From Clostridia bacterium (GTDB taxonomy: Bacteria > Bacillota > Clostridia > Christensenellales > CAG-917): 64,000 bases of DNA. The stretch lies in NCBI GenBank assembly GCA_017553325.1, contig JAFZMH010000006.1, forward strand, positions 25,759 to 89,758, written 5' to 3'. The position numbers and the translations under genes were made by a program. Within the stretch, counting starts at the first letter, position 1. The number at the start of each line of letters is the position of its first letter. Of this stretch, positions 36,771-46,231 are shown one piece after another. The notes beneath the pieces were generated by a model that saw only the letters and a program-made list of their open reading frames with translations, was not told the origin of the DNA and made no database searches.

Positions 36771-37994
36771 ATGAGAAACATGGCAAAAAAGAGCGTCATC
36801 TTTTTGATGATAGCGGTGCTTGTCTGTGCATTGGCACTCGTGAGTTTTGCCGCGTGCAACAAACCGACCGAGACGCCGGCGAACGATACGCCGGAAGAAA
36901 AACCCGTTGAGCCTATCACGATTACGGATATGATTGGCAGACAACTTGAAATCAAGCCGGGCACCTACAAGAGAGTGGTTTGCATCGGCGCGGGCGCGCT
37001 TCGTATGTATTCCTACATCGGCGACATGAACTTGCTTTGCGGTGTTGAAGACATCGACAACGAGACGTTGACAAATCGTCCGAAGATGTTCGACGGATCG
37101 GCAAGACCATATCAACTCGCCTACAAAGATTTGCTTGATTCGATTGACAGTTCATGCGGCGTCGGCGGACCGAATGCCCAAACTGCGGAGGCAGAAAAGA
37201 TTCTTTCTTGCAGACCAGACATCGTCATTTCCGAATATGAAGACGTCGACAAGGAAAATGCGCTTCAACAGGCACTTGGCGGAAACGTCCCCGTTGTCAC
37301 AGTGAAATACGGACCGAAAACCGTATTTGACGACAACGTTTTGAACAGCTTTATAATGCTCGGTAAAATTTTCAACAGAAAGAGCAGGGCGGCGGTGCTC
37401 AACGCGTACATCAAAGAGCAAAAACAAGAGATTTTTGACAGAACCAAAGATATTCCGGAAGAGGATAAAAAATCCGTCTACATCTGCGGGCTCGGCAACT
37501 GGGGCACGACCAACCATCTTATGACCGCAAAGAACAATTATGCTCCGTTTGAAATCGCACACATCAAAAACGCGGTTAATCTCTCCGGCGGCGGGGCTCC
37601 GCAGGCTCAAATCGAAGAGGAAACTTTGCTTTCAATCAGCGGTAGCATTGATATTGTGATTTTTGACGTGGCGGCGATAAGAAACATCAAACCGCTCACC
37701 AACGAGAATAAAGTCGTGCTTGAAAGAATAAAGGCGTGGCAAGAGGGCGAGGTGTACGTCGAGATGCCGCAATACGCATATTACGTCAACCTCGAACTCG
37801 CGCTTGTCAATACCTGGTGGATTGCAAAGGTCGTCTATCCCGAACTCTTTGCCGACATTGATATGACCGAAAAGACCAACGAAATCACCTATGCGTTCTT
37901 CGGCAAAGAACTTGCAAAAGAAATCTTTGCTTGCCCGAACAGTTTCGGCGGATACAGACAGATCGAAAACCCGTCTCAATTCTTTGGACAATAA
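36771..37994 (+). CDS. metal-chelate ABC substrate-binding lipoprotein (TroA-like fold)
   Basis: FAAC lipobox, ITDMIGR, EKILSCRPD, YPELF. Confidence 0.85.
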   Translation: MRNMAKKSVIFLMIAVLVCALALVSFAACNKPTETPANDTPEEKPVEPITITDMIGRQLEIKPGTYKRVVCIGAGALRMYSYIGDMNLLCGVEDIDNETLTNRPKMFDGSARPYQLAYKDLLDSIDSSCGVGGPNAQTAEAEKILSCRPDIVISEYEDVDKENALQQALGGNVPVVTVKYGPKTVFDDNVLNSFIMLGKIFNRKSRAAVLNAYIKEQKQEIFDRTKDIPEEDKKSVYICGLGNWGTTNHLMTAKNNYAPFEIAHIKNAVNLSGGGAPQAQIEEETLLSISGSIDIVIFDVAAIRNIKPLTNENKVVLERIKAWQEGEVYVEMPQYAYYVNLELALVNTWWIAKVVYPELFADIDMTEKTNEITYAFFGKELAKEIFACPNSFGGYRQIENPSQFFGQ

Positions 37995-37997
37995 ACT

Positions 37998-38615
37998 ATG
38001 ACAAACGCAAACGTTGAAAAATATTTTGACGATTTGGCACACGACTGGGACAGTTTTCAAGACTGTACCGTGGGCGTCAAGCGTGCGCTCCTTGAGAGTT
38101 CAGGCATATTTAGGGGCGCACGCGTCCTTGACGTTGCGTGCGGAACGGGCGCGATAACCGAGGTTCTTCACGAATTGACGGGAGAGCTCGTCAAGGGCGT
38201 GGACCTGTCGGGAGAGATGATAAAGGTTGCCAAACGCAAATTCGCAGGGTGTGACTGGGCGGAGTTTGAACACGTCGATTTTCTCGACATGAAAGAGGAC
38301 GATGCAAATAATAAAAATGGCGAACCCCTCGAAGCCTTTGACTTTGTCGTCATCTACAACGCATATCCGCACTTTTTGGACGTGGACGCGCTGAGGGACA
38401 AGGCGCACGCGGTTTTGAAGAAGGGCGGAAAACTCGTCATCGTTCATTCCATCTCCCGCGAGATGCTCAACTCGCACCACAAGCAACACGCCGATCACGT
38501 CTCTCGCCCTTTGCTCCCCGCAAAAGAAGAAGCAAAGCGATTTGAAGATTTGTTCGACGCGCAAATCGCAGAGGAGAGCGACAGGCATTATTTGTTAGTG
38601 TTAACAAATAAATAA
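37998..38615 (+). CDS. class I SAM-dependent methyltransferase
   Basis: VLDVACGTG, GVDLS, LKKGG. Confidence 0.88.
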   Translation: MTNANVEKYFDDLAHDWDSFQDCTVGVKRALLESSGIFRGARVLDVACGTGAITEVLHELTGELVKGVDLSGEMIKVAKRKFAGCDWAEFEHVDFLDMKEDDANNKNGEPLEAFDFVVIYNAYPHFLDVDALRDKAHAVLKKGGKLVIVHSISREMLNSHHKQHADHVSRPLLPAKEEAKRFEDLFDAQIAEESDRHYLLVLTNK

Positions 38616-38640
38616 TAGCAACAAAAATATAATTGCAATC

Positions 38641-38676
38641 AAGAAAGAACACAGCCTTGCGACTGTGTTCTTTCTT
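38641..38676. terminator. bidirectional terminator
   Basis: AAGAAAGAACACAG...CTGTGTTCTTTCTT between convergent genes. Confidence 0.7.
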
Positions 38677-38750
38677 TGGGTAAAGGGGAAAATGGAATGA
38701 CAACGCGCGCCCTTGCGGGACAAATGCAATAGACGCTTGCATTGTCAAGG

Positions 38751-39488
38751 TTAGGCTGATTCAAGGAGCAACTTGTCTGCGATTAGCGCGATAAATTCTC
38801 CGTTTGTGGGTTTCTCGTTTGGGGAGTAGATTTTGATGCCGAACACGTTGTTGATATTTTCAATTTTGCCGCGGTTCCAAGCGACCTCAATAGCGTGGCG
38901 TATTGCGCGTTCCACTTTGGACGGCGAGGTCTGATACAACTCGGCAATGCCGGGGTAGAGCCGTTTTGTGATAGAGTTGATGATGTCCGGCGACTCGATT
39001 GTCATTTTGATTGCCTCGCGCAAGAACTGATAGCCCTTTATGTGCGCGGGTATGCCGACGGAGATGAAAAGATTGGAAATCTTTTCGTCGAGGTTTTTGT
39101 TAAACTTGGGTTGCGGTTTTTGCGTGCGATGAGAGTCGAACCCGTCCAACACTTTGAGCATCATCCCGTAGTCGAAAGGTTTTGCGAGATAATAACTCGC
39201 GCCGTACTGCATCGCCTTTTGCACGAAACCGTCCGGACGAAGTTGGGACATCATCACGACTATCGTCCGCTTTGATTCTATCGCGGAGAGCACGCCGAAA
39301 CCGTCCAGTTCGGGCATAACTATATCGAGAAGCAAAAAATCGGGGTTCAAATCGTTTATGAGTTTGATGGCTTGCGTGCCGGTTGAAGCAACGCCGACGA
39401 CCTCGTATCTCTCGCTCTTCGAGATGAAATCTTTCAGCCCTTCTGAAAGTGCGGTGTTGTCGTCTGCAATCACAATTGTCTTTGCCAT
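38751..39488 (-). CDS. spo0A: sporulation master regulator Spo0A
   Basis: Receiver (IADD, LDIVMP) plus GIPAHIKGY, ITKRLYP, VERAIRHAIEVAW, KPTNGEFIA; start reset to ATG 39488. Confidence 0.95.
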   Translation of the reverse strand: MAKTIVIADDNTALSEGLKDFISKSERYEVVGVASTGTQAIKLINDLNPDFLLLDIVMPELDGFGVLSAIESKRTIVVMMSQLRPDGFVQKAMQYGASYYLAKPFDYGMMLKVLDGFDSHRTQKPQPKFNKNLDEKISNLFISVGIPAHIKGYQFLREAIKMTIESPDIINSITKRLYPGIAELYQTSPSKVERAIRHAIEVAWNRGKIENINNVFGIKIYSPNEKPTNGEFIALIADKLLLESA

Positions 39489-39839
39489 AAGTCTATCCTC
39501 CTGAGTACGATTATATATTAGCATGTTCGTTTTTTTGCGTTGAGAGAAGAAAACCACGAGTTATGCGGTTTTTTGTCGTTTTATATTGGTTTTTGTTTTT
39601 TTACTTAAAAAACGGAATAATACGTGTTTTTATTCTTAAAACGCCTAAAATATAATGCTTTTCACCATTTTTTACAACAATAATTTTCACCTATTTTTCA
39701 AAACACAATATATTGGTGAAAAATTGGTGAAAGCGCACAAAATGTGCAGAAAGAATTTTTTTTGAAAAAATGAAAAAAATAGTTTACATATCGAGACTTT
39801 ATAAATATAATATAGGAACTAAATCTCATAGAGGTTTTT

Positions 39840-40319
39840 ATGGCAAAATACAAAAAATGCCCGCGTTGCGAACTGAACTGGATTCCCGTTGAGGAAGAAA
39901 TCTGCGAAGTCTGTAAAGCGGAACTCGGCAAAGAGAGCAAAATAAGCCTTCTTGAAGACGACGAAGACGAATCAGAATACGAAGAGAGAATTTGTCCTAT
40001 CTGCAAGGTCAATTTCTTGGAAGAGGGGGAGGAGATGTGCGCCGCCTGTCGTGCTGAGCGCGCGGACAAACTCTCGGAAAAGGAAGACGATGACGACGAC
40101 AGCTGGAAAGAGTTCGTCGACGAAGAGGACACCGTCTCGGCAGAGGAAGAGGAATTGTCCCTTTCTCAACTTCAAGAGGAAGAAATCGAAGAAGAAGAGG
40201 AAGAGGAAGAAGAGTCTGTCCCCGACGACTTCGACGATTACGACTACGGCGACGTCAACGACTACGAAGAGGACGAAGACGAAGAGGACGACGAAGAAGA
40301 CCTCGACGAAGAAAAATAA
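39840..40319 (+). CDS. small protein with two Cys4 zinc-finger-like repeats and a very acidic tail
   Basis: CPRC...CEVC and CPIC...CAAC, D/E-rich C-terminal half; GAGG SD and TTTACA-17-TATAAT upstream. Confidence 0.8.
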   Translation: MAKYKKCPRCELNWIPVEEEICEVCKAELGKESKISLLEDDEDESEYEERICPICKVNFLEEGEEMCAACRAERADKLSEKEDDDDDSWKEFVDEEDTVSAEEEELSLSQLQEEEIEEEEEEEEESVPDDFDDYDYGDVNDYEEDEDEEDDEEDLDEEK

Positions 40320-40419
40320 GTTTCGGTGGCGTGGCTTTGACCGCGCCATTGTTTTTCTTGACTTGCAATTTGTATCATAAGATGATACAATAGTCAGGAT
40401 GAAAAAAGAGGATACTTTT

Positions 40420-41871
40420 ATGGCAAAAGACCAAAAGCAATTTGTAAAAGAAATCACCGATATGACTGTGGATTTCCCACAGTGGTATACCGACGTCGTT
40501 TTGAAGACCGGACTTGTGGACTACGGCCCCGTCAAAGGCACGATGGTCATTCGCCCGTACGGCTACGAGATTTGGGAGAACATTCAAGCGGAACTCAACA
40601 AGCGTTTCAAGGCAACGGGGCATAAGAACGCATATTTTCCGATGTTCATACCGTACAGTTTTCTCGTCAAAGAGGCGGACCACGTCGAAGGTTTTGCGCC
40701 GGAAGTTGCGCTCGTGACACATATCGGCAATACTCCGCTTGAAGAAAACCTCGTCGTTCGTCCTACGAGCGAAACGATAATCTGCTCAATGTACGCCAAG
40801 TGGGTGCAGTCTTATAGAGACCTTCCCGTGCTCATCAATCAATGGGCAAACGTCGTGAGATGGGAAAAGACTACGCGTCCGTTCCTCAGAACAAGCGAAT
40901 TCTTGTGGCAGGAGGGACATACGCTCCACCGCACGGAGGAAGAGGCGAGGGAAGAAACCCTCAAAATGCTTGAAGTCTATCGTGAATTTATGCAAAACGT
41001 CCTCGCAATCGACGTGCTCGTTGGCAGAAAGACGGAAAAAGAGAAGTTTGCAGGCGCGGTGGACACCTACACGATGGAAGCCATGATGCTGGACGGCAAG
41101 TCGCTTCAAGCTGGCACTTCGCACTATCTCGGACAAAACTTCGCTTCCGCATTTGAGATCAAATACCTCGACAGTGACGGCACGCAAAAGCGCCCGTATC
41201 AAACGAGTTGGGGTGTGTCCACGCGTCTTATCGGCGCGCTCATCATGGCGCACGGAGACCAACGCGGGCTCAAACTTCCGCCGCGTGTTGCACCGATTCA
41301 AGTTGCAGTCGTGCCGGTTGCCGCGCACAAAGAGGGAGTGCTGGAAAAGGCGAGAGACGTTGCCGACGCGCTTGAAAAGGCAGGCGTCAGAGTCGAGTTG
41401 GACGATAGAGACCAATCTCCGGGCTGGAAATTCAACGAGTGGGAGATGAAGGGCGTGCCTATTCGCCTTGAACTCGGCCCGCGCGATATCGAAAACGGTC
41501 AAGTCGTGCTCGCTCGCCGTGACACCAACGAGAAATCGTTCGCACCTATTGACGGCGTCGTCGAAACGGTGAAGACGCTCCTTGACGACATCCACGAAAA
41601 TATGTTCAAACAGTCTCACGATTTCACCTATTCACATATCGTTGATTGTGAGAATATGGACGAAATGAAAGTCGCGCTCGACGACAAAAACTTTGTCCGC
41701 GCAATGTGGTGCGGTTGCCGCGAGTGCGAAGACAAGATCAAAGCCGATCTTCAAGCCACCTCGCGCTGTATGCCTTTCGACCAGACTTCGTCCGGACATT
41801 TCAGAGCAAAGAAATGCGTCTGTTGCGGGAAAGAGGCAAGCACGGTCATCTACTTTGCAAGAGCTTATTAA
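40420..41871 (+). CDS. proS: proline--tRNA ligase, archaeal/eukaryotic type
   Basis: VRPTSET, QWANVVRWE, EFLWQEGH, QAGTSHYLGQNF, C-terminal Tyr; no insertion editing domain; start may be 40399. Confidence 0.95.
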   Translation: MAKDQKQFVKEITDMTVDFPQWYTDVVLKTGLVDYGPVKGTMVIRPYGYEIWENIQAELNKRFKATGHKNAYFPMFIPYSFLVKEADHVEGFAPEVALVTHIGNTPLEENLVVRPTSETIICSMYAKWVQSYRDLPVLINQWANVVRWEKTTRPFLRTSEFLWQEGHTLHRTEEEAREETLKMLEVYREFMQNVLAIDVLVGRKTEKEKFAGAVDTYTMEAMMLDGKSLQAGTSHYLGQNFASAFEIKYLDSDGTQKRPYQTSWGVSTRLIGALIMAHGDQRGLKLPPRVAPIQVAVVPVAAHKEGVLEKARDVADALEKAGVRVELDDRDQSPGWKFNEWEMKGVPIRLELGPRDIENGQVVLARRDTNEKSFAPIDGVVETVKTLLDDIHENMFKQSHDFTYSHIVDCENMDEMKVALDDKNFVRAMWCGCRECEDKIKADLQATSRCMPFDQTSSGHFRAKKCVCCGKEASTVIYFARAY

Positions 41872-41993
41872 AAACCGCACAGTTTAGCGAATAGCATTGT
41901 CAATGCCCGTTTGTTCAGGGGTCACGTACGACTTGTACGCTCATCCTTCGCAAACGGGCTTTTTCGCGCTCTTCATCTAAACTGAGCGGTTTT
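41871..41993 (+). repeat. ~125-nt structured intergenic element, copy B
   Basis: Outer stem AAAACCGCACAGTTTAG / CTAAACTGAGCGGTTTT; GGGTCACGTAC...GTACGCTCATC core resembles copy A. Confidence 0.75.
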
Positions 41994-42104
41994 AATTAAA
42001 TGTTTTCAAATGTTTTGAAAATTCTTGCAAAAACATTTAAAATTATATTGACAAATCGGCTTTGTTGTGTTAATATGCAATTGAAAAATGCAAAGGAGGC
42101 TATT

Positions 42105-42650
42105 ATGAAAGAATTAAAACTTTTTGTCAACGAGTCTACATTGGCGAATGCTGAAACTATTTTGGAAGAAAATGGGTTGAGCATTCAAAATATAGTCAAT
42201 GTTGTCTTAAAAAGAATTGAAAGAGAGGGCGGGATCGATTTTCTATTTGGGAAAACTAATGCACAAGCATTAGACATGAATGAAGAACGCGAATTGATTT
42301 CATCTAAAACAAGTGAAGGCACAAAGATGACAAAAACTATTGCAAAGAGATTGTTTGCGTTGCATTATGACAATGTCACTTTTGCGTCCAAAAACAAGGG
42401 AGCAAATAATTATTGGGCAAATCCTTTATTTGAGTGTTTGAAAAATGATTGGTATTTGATTTTGAATGATTGGCAGAGGAAAGAATTGCATTTGTTCAAA
42501 GTGCCTGCAAATTCTTTGAACAATTTGGTAGCAAGAGCCGACCAACCAAATTTGATTGATCTACAAATCGCATATAATGACCCTACTTTCACCGACAATC
42601 GCAGCGGTATGAGTTTTAAACAATATTTGATCAATACGATTAAATATTAA
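42105..42650 (+). CDS. hypothetical protein with RelB/DinJ-like N-terminal RHH
   Basis: AETILEENGLSIQNIVNVVLKRIEREGGIDF; AAGGAGG SD; AT-rich. Confidence 0.6.
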   Translation: MKELKLFVNESTLANAETILEENGLSIQNIVNVVLKRIEREGGIDFLFGKTNAQALDMNEERELISSKTSEGTKMTKTIAKRLFALHYDNVTFASKNKGANNYWANPLFECLKNDWYLILNDWQRKELHLFKVPANSLNNLVARADQPNLIDLQIAYNDPTFTDNRSGMSFKQYLINTIKY

Positions 42651-42686
42651 TTATTTAATATTAACAAAATGGCATGGAGGTAAAAA

Positions 42687-42992
42687 ATGGGTGAAAAATT
42701 AAAATGGACATATGATGATAATCTAAGCATATGCAAAACAGTTTTGAAAGAATATGTTGTTTATCAAAGAGACACGGCAATCAATGTATTGGCAAAAAGA
42801 ATTGTATTATCGCAACAATTTAGCCAAACGTCAAAAATGCGTAAAATAATGAACATAAAATGCTTGATGGATGAATATGGCGTTGATAGTTCCTTAAACT
42901 GCGTGGCACTTGATCAATACAGCAAGGACAACCAAAGAGCATTCATAAAGGCATGTGAATTATTGGGGATCAAAGAATTCCCTTATGTATAA
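42687..42992 (+). CDS. hypothetical protein
   Basis: GGAGG SD, 101-aa ORF in AT-rich islet. Confidence 0.65.
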   Translation: MGEKLKWTYDDNLSICKTVLKEYVVYQRDTAINVLAKRIVLSQQFSQTSKMRKIMNIKCLMDEYGVDSSLNCVALDQYSKDNQRAFIKACELLGIKEFPYV

Positions 42993-43003
42993 AGGGGGAA
43001 ATA

Positions 43004-43852
43004 GTGATTTATAACATATTGACAGATGAAATAGAAAAAATACATAATTCCAGTATAACAGAAAAGCCAATAATTCGTGATCGAGGAGAGATAAGGCATA
43101 TCATTGATAACAATATAAATAATTATGCCGATCTTTCATGGATGAACACCGTAAATGAAATTTCCTGTAGAGTATTGGCGGTGCTGGAATATAGGTATGT
43201 GGCGATGACGTATGCGTCGTTAAAGCCAAGCGCCTATTATATGCGATTAACGGATAAGGATAAAGATATTTTGACACAGCTGGCGAAGTTCGGAATCGTA
43301 ATAAAATCTTCTGTTGATGAAATATTATGTGTGCTTGGTTTTTTGTTTCAACCTTATTATTATAAATCAAATTTATCTAAGGATGTGTTGAAGAACCTTA
43401 CATTTGAATCAGCAGAAAAATTGTTGCAATATCTAAAAAAGATAGACACTGAAGAGCCGGAACAATATGTTGTGTTCTCAAAAATACCTCCGAGACTTGA
43501 GCCTATAAAAACTTCTATTATTGGGAGCAACGATGGAAAATTTTTGGTGTTTAAATCTAATGGGAATTATAACAACATGGTTTTATACAAAGAAAATGCC
43601 GAATTGTTTTTTGACTTGTTTGACGCTTTGCACGTGGAAACGTGGGAGGACAATAGCGCAAAATGCAAAAATTCAATGCAAACGCTTTGGACGCTTGATA
43701 TAAAAGATAAAGCACAACGAAAGATACATTTAGAAGGCGACGCAACTCAAATTGAATTTTTAAAACTCGATGCAATAATGTCTTTTGCTACTGAATTGCC
43801 TCGATTCAAACAAGAAGAATGCAGGATATACGATCATCATGTAGTAATATAG
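43004..43852 (+). CDS. hypothetical protein
   Basis: AAGGGGG SD, GTG start, 282-aa ORF in AT-rich islet. Confidence 0.65.
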   Translation: MIYNILTDEIEKIHNSSITEKPIIRDRGEIRHIIDNNINNYADLSWMNTVNEISCRVLAVLEYRYVAMTYASLKPSAYYMRLTDKDKDILTQLAKFGIVIKSSVDEILCVLGFLFQPYYYKSNLSKDVLKNLTFESAEKLLQYLKKIDTEEPEQYVVFSKIPPRLEPIKTSIIGSNDGKFLVFKSNGNYNNMVLYKENAELFFDLFDALHVETWEDNSAKCKNSMQTLWTLDIKDKAQRKIHLEGDATQIEFLKLDAIMSFATELPRFKQEECRIYDHHVVI

Positions 43853-43980
43853 CAAGTTTCATACGTGTGTTTTCTCCGAAAAATCTCTCATTGCTTTTGC
43901 AGTGAGAGGTTTTTTCTATGTTTACAATATCAAACTATAGGTATATAATATATATAATCAATAATAAGGTGGAAAGAATT

Positions 43981-44883
43981 ATGTCTATCGGTGAGTGGTT
44001 TTTCAACGGTCCTGTCAAAAAGGGAGACGAAAAGCGTGTTGCGACACAGTTGGTGCCGGATTTTGCAGATGCTTTTGTAAATATTGCATACGTGGATGAC
44101 GGACATCCGCTTCATCTTTTGAATGTCTATCGTCCAAAGGGAGTGGACGGCAAACTGCCTGTCATTTTTGACGTACACGGTGGCGGATGGTATTATGGCG
44201 ACAAGGAGCTCAACTCCTACTATTGCAACTATCTCACAAAAAACGGCTTTGCCGTGGTGGACATCTCCTATCGCGTGTCGCCGGAAGTGGATTTCTTTGG
44301 GCAGATAAAAGATGTTGTTGAAGCCTTGAACTTCCTGCCGAATATCGCAGAAGAATATGGGCTTGACCTGGACAACTTCTTTATAACGGGAGACAGCGCA
44401 GGCGGACATATCACGTCGCTTCTCGTCAATATGGAAAGAAACGAGAAGTTGCAAGAGCGCTACGGTGTGCGCTTTACACAAAAGTTTAAGGGCGCGTGCC
44501 TCACTTGCCCTGCTGTTGAGCCGCTCAAAATCACCCCGACAAAGTGCCTCGCCAAGATATACTTCAATCCTATCTTTGGCAAAGGCTTCTTCAAAACAGA
44601 TATTCCGGAAATCACGTCCTTCAGCAAAACATTCCCGGGCGAGGTTTGTCCGTTGTTCTTTATCACGGCATATGCAGACTTCCTCAAAAAGATTTCGCTT
44701 GAGGGCTATGAGTTTGCAAAATCACACGGCGTCAAGTGCGAGCTTTTCTTCGTGGAGAATCCACCTGAGGACGGCAGAAAGATAGAACACGTCTTCAACA
44801 TCATTCGTTGGGAGTGGCCTGAATCTCAAGCCGCGAACGATCGCATGTGCGCATTCTTTAAAACCTTGTTATTGAGCGATTGA
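43981..44883 (+). CDS. alpha/beta hydrolase (HSL-like esterase)
   Basis: HGGGW, GDSAGG, EHVF; start reset to ATG 43981. Confidence 0.88.
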   Translation: MSIGEWFFNGPVKKGDEKRVATQLVPDFADAFVNIAYVDDGHPLHLLNVYRPKGVDGKLPVIFDVHGGGWYYGDKELNSYYCNYLTKNGFAVVDISYRVSPEVDFFGQIKDVVEALNFLPNIAEEYGLDLDNFFITGDSAGGHITSLLVNMERNEKLQERYGVRFTQKFKGACLTCPAVEPLKITPTKCLAKIYFNPIFGKGFFKTDIPEITSFSKTFPGEVCPLFFITAYADFLKKISLEGYEFAKSHGVKCELFFVENPPEDGRKIEHVFNIIRWEWPESQAANDRMCAFFKTLLLSD

Positions 44884-44982
44884 CTTTGTCAGACTTACGT
44901 GCGCTCGCACACCGTGTACACCTTGTACACTTGGCACTCGCGTGCGCGTCTTCCTCGTCACTCATCCCAATACCAAGGTTTT
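44860..44982 (+). repeat. ~125-nt structured element, copy D (overlaps esterase stop)
   Basis: Outer stem AAAACCTTGTTATTG / CAATACCAAGGTTTT; CTTTGTCAG...GTGTAC-ACCTT-GTACAC...CTTCCTCG...CATC. Confidence 0.75.
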
Positions 44983-45134
44983 GCAATTACAATTCCAAAA
45001 AACAAAAAATGCACTTTAAGTGCATTTTTTGTGTTAATAAACCATCTATTTTGTCAAAAACAGGATGATAAGCAAATACTATACACAACGCTCAATTTGG
45101 GTGAAGAGTGCTAAAAGCCGCATTAATAATGTTC

Positions 45135-45262
45135 GTAAAAATGCGCGATTGAGATGAGAGGCAAGAAAACAAAATAAATCACCCCGCCTAATGTACTGAC
45201 GTACATGACGGGGTGTATTTGTTGTAGTTGCCGTAGCATATCGCTCAATCACACATTTTTAC
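45135..45262 (-). repeat. ~125-nt structured element, copy E (overlaps trxB-like stop)
   Basis: Minus strand: GTAAAAATGTGTGATTGAG-CG ... ATGTAC-GTCA-GTACAT ... CATC-TCAATCGCGCATTTTTAC. Confidence 0.65.
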
Positions 45263-46171
45263 TTTGTCGACGTATTGTGAAGCAAAGAACGCCGCGATAC
45301 TGCCGTCGCTGGCGGCGGTGATGAATTGACGTATCTTTTTCGTGCGGCAGTCGCCCGCGACGAATACGCCGGGGCAGGAAGTTGCGCAACTCTCGTCCGC
45401 CACGATAAAGCCGTTTTTGTCAAGCTCGACAAGTCCTTCAAATGCTTTGTTGTTTGGCACTTGTCCAATGCAGATGAATGCGCATTTGCAATCCACTTTG
45501 AACTCTTCTTTCGTCTTTGTGTTTTCAAAACGGAGTCCCTCGAGTTCGTCGTCGCCCAAGAACTCTTTGAGTGCGATATTCTTTGTCACTTTGATGTTTG
45601 GTTGAGCAAGCACCAAGTCCACAAGCGCTTTGTCTGCAAAGAATTTGTCAAAGAGCATACAGATATGCACGGATTTGCAGTAGCCGGAAAGATTGAGGGC
45701 ATATTGCAGGGCGGTGTTTGCGTCGCCGATTACGGCAACATCTTCGCCCTTATAGAACATACCATCGCAGAGCGCGCAATAGCTCACGCCTTTGCCCACG
45801 AGTTCTTCCTCTCTCTCAACGCCGATATGTCTTGCCTTGACGCCTGTGGCTAAAATGAGCGCTGTGCCTTCATATTCGCTGTAGTCCGTTTTGACGACAA
45901 ACGATTTTTCCTTCTTTTCAACGCCCGTTGCGCTTTCAAATTCAAACTCCACGCCCCATTCGGTGATTTGCTGAAAGAGTTGGTCGCAGAGGTCTGCGCC
46001 CGCCGCCTTTTGCACGGTGGGGTAGTTTTCCACTCTAGGAGAAAGGGCGATTTGTCCGCCTATGCTTTCGCCTTCAAGCAGAAGGACGGACTTGCCTGCT
46101 CGCAGACAGTTGAGCGCGGCGGTCATACCAGCAGGGCCTGCGCCAATGATTATCACATCATATTTTTTCAT
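45245..46171 (-). CDS. second thioredoxin reductase-like flavoprotein
   Basis: GAGPAG, CALCDG, GDANTA (variant nucleotide motif), AGDCR. Confidence 0.88.
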   Translation of the reverse strand: MKKYDVIIIGAGPAGMTAALNCLRAGKSVLLLEGESIGGQIALSPRVENYPTVQKAAGADLCDQLFQQITEWGVEFEFESATGVEKKEKSFVVKTDYSEYEGTALILATGVKARHIGVEREEELVGKGVSYCALCDGMFYKGEDVAVIGDANTALQYALNLSGYCKSVHICMLFDKFFADKALVDLVLAQPNIKVTKNIALKEFLGDDELEGLRFENTKTKEEFKVDCKCAFICIGQVPNNKAFEGLVELDKNGFIVADESCATSCPGVFVAGDCRTKKIRQFITAASDGSIAAFFASQYVDKVKMCD

Positions 46172-46231
46172 ATATGTCACCTTTGATAAAAAATTTGCCT
46201 CCCAAAGGGAGGCAAATGTGAGTATTAAATC

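Noticed and set aside
39940-40319. GAA/GAC tandem-repeat DNA
   Set aside because: It is explained by Asp/Glu codons of the acidic protein.
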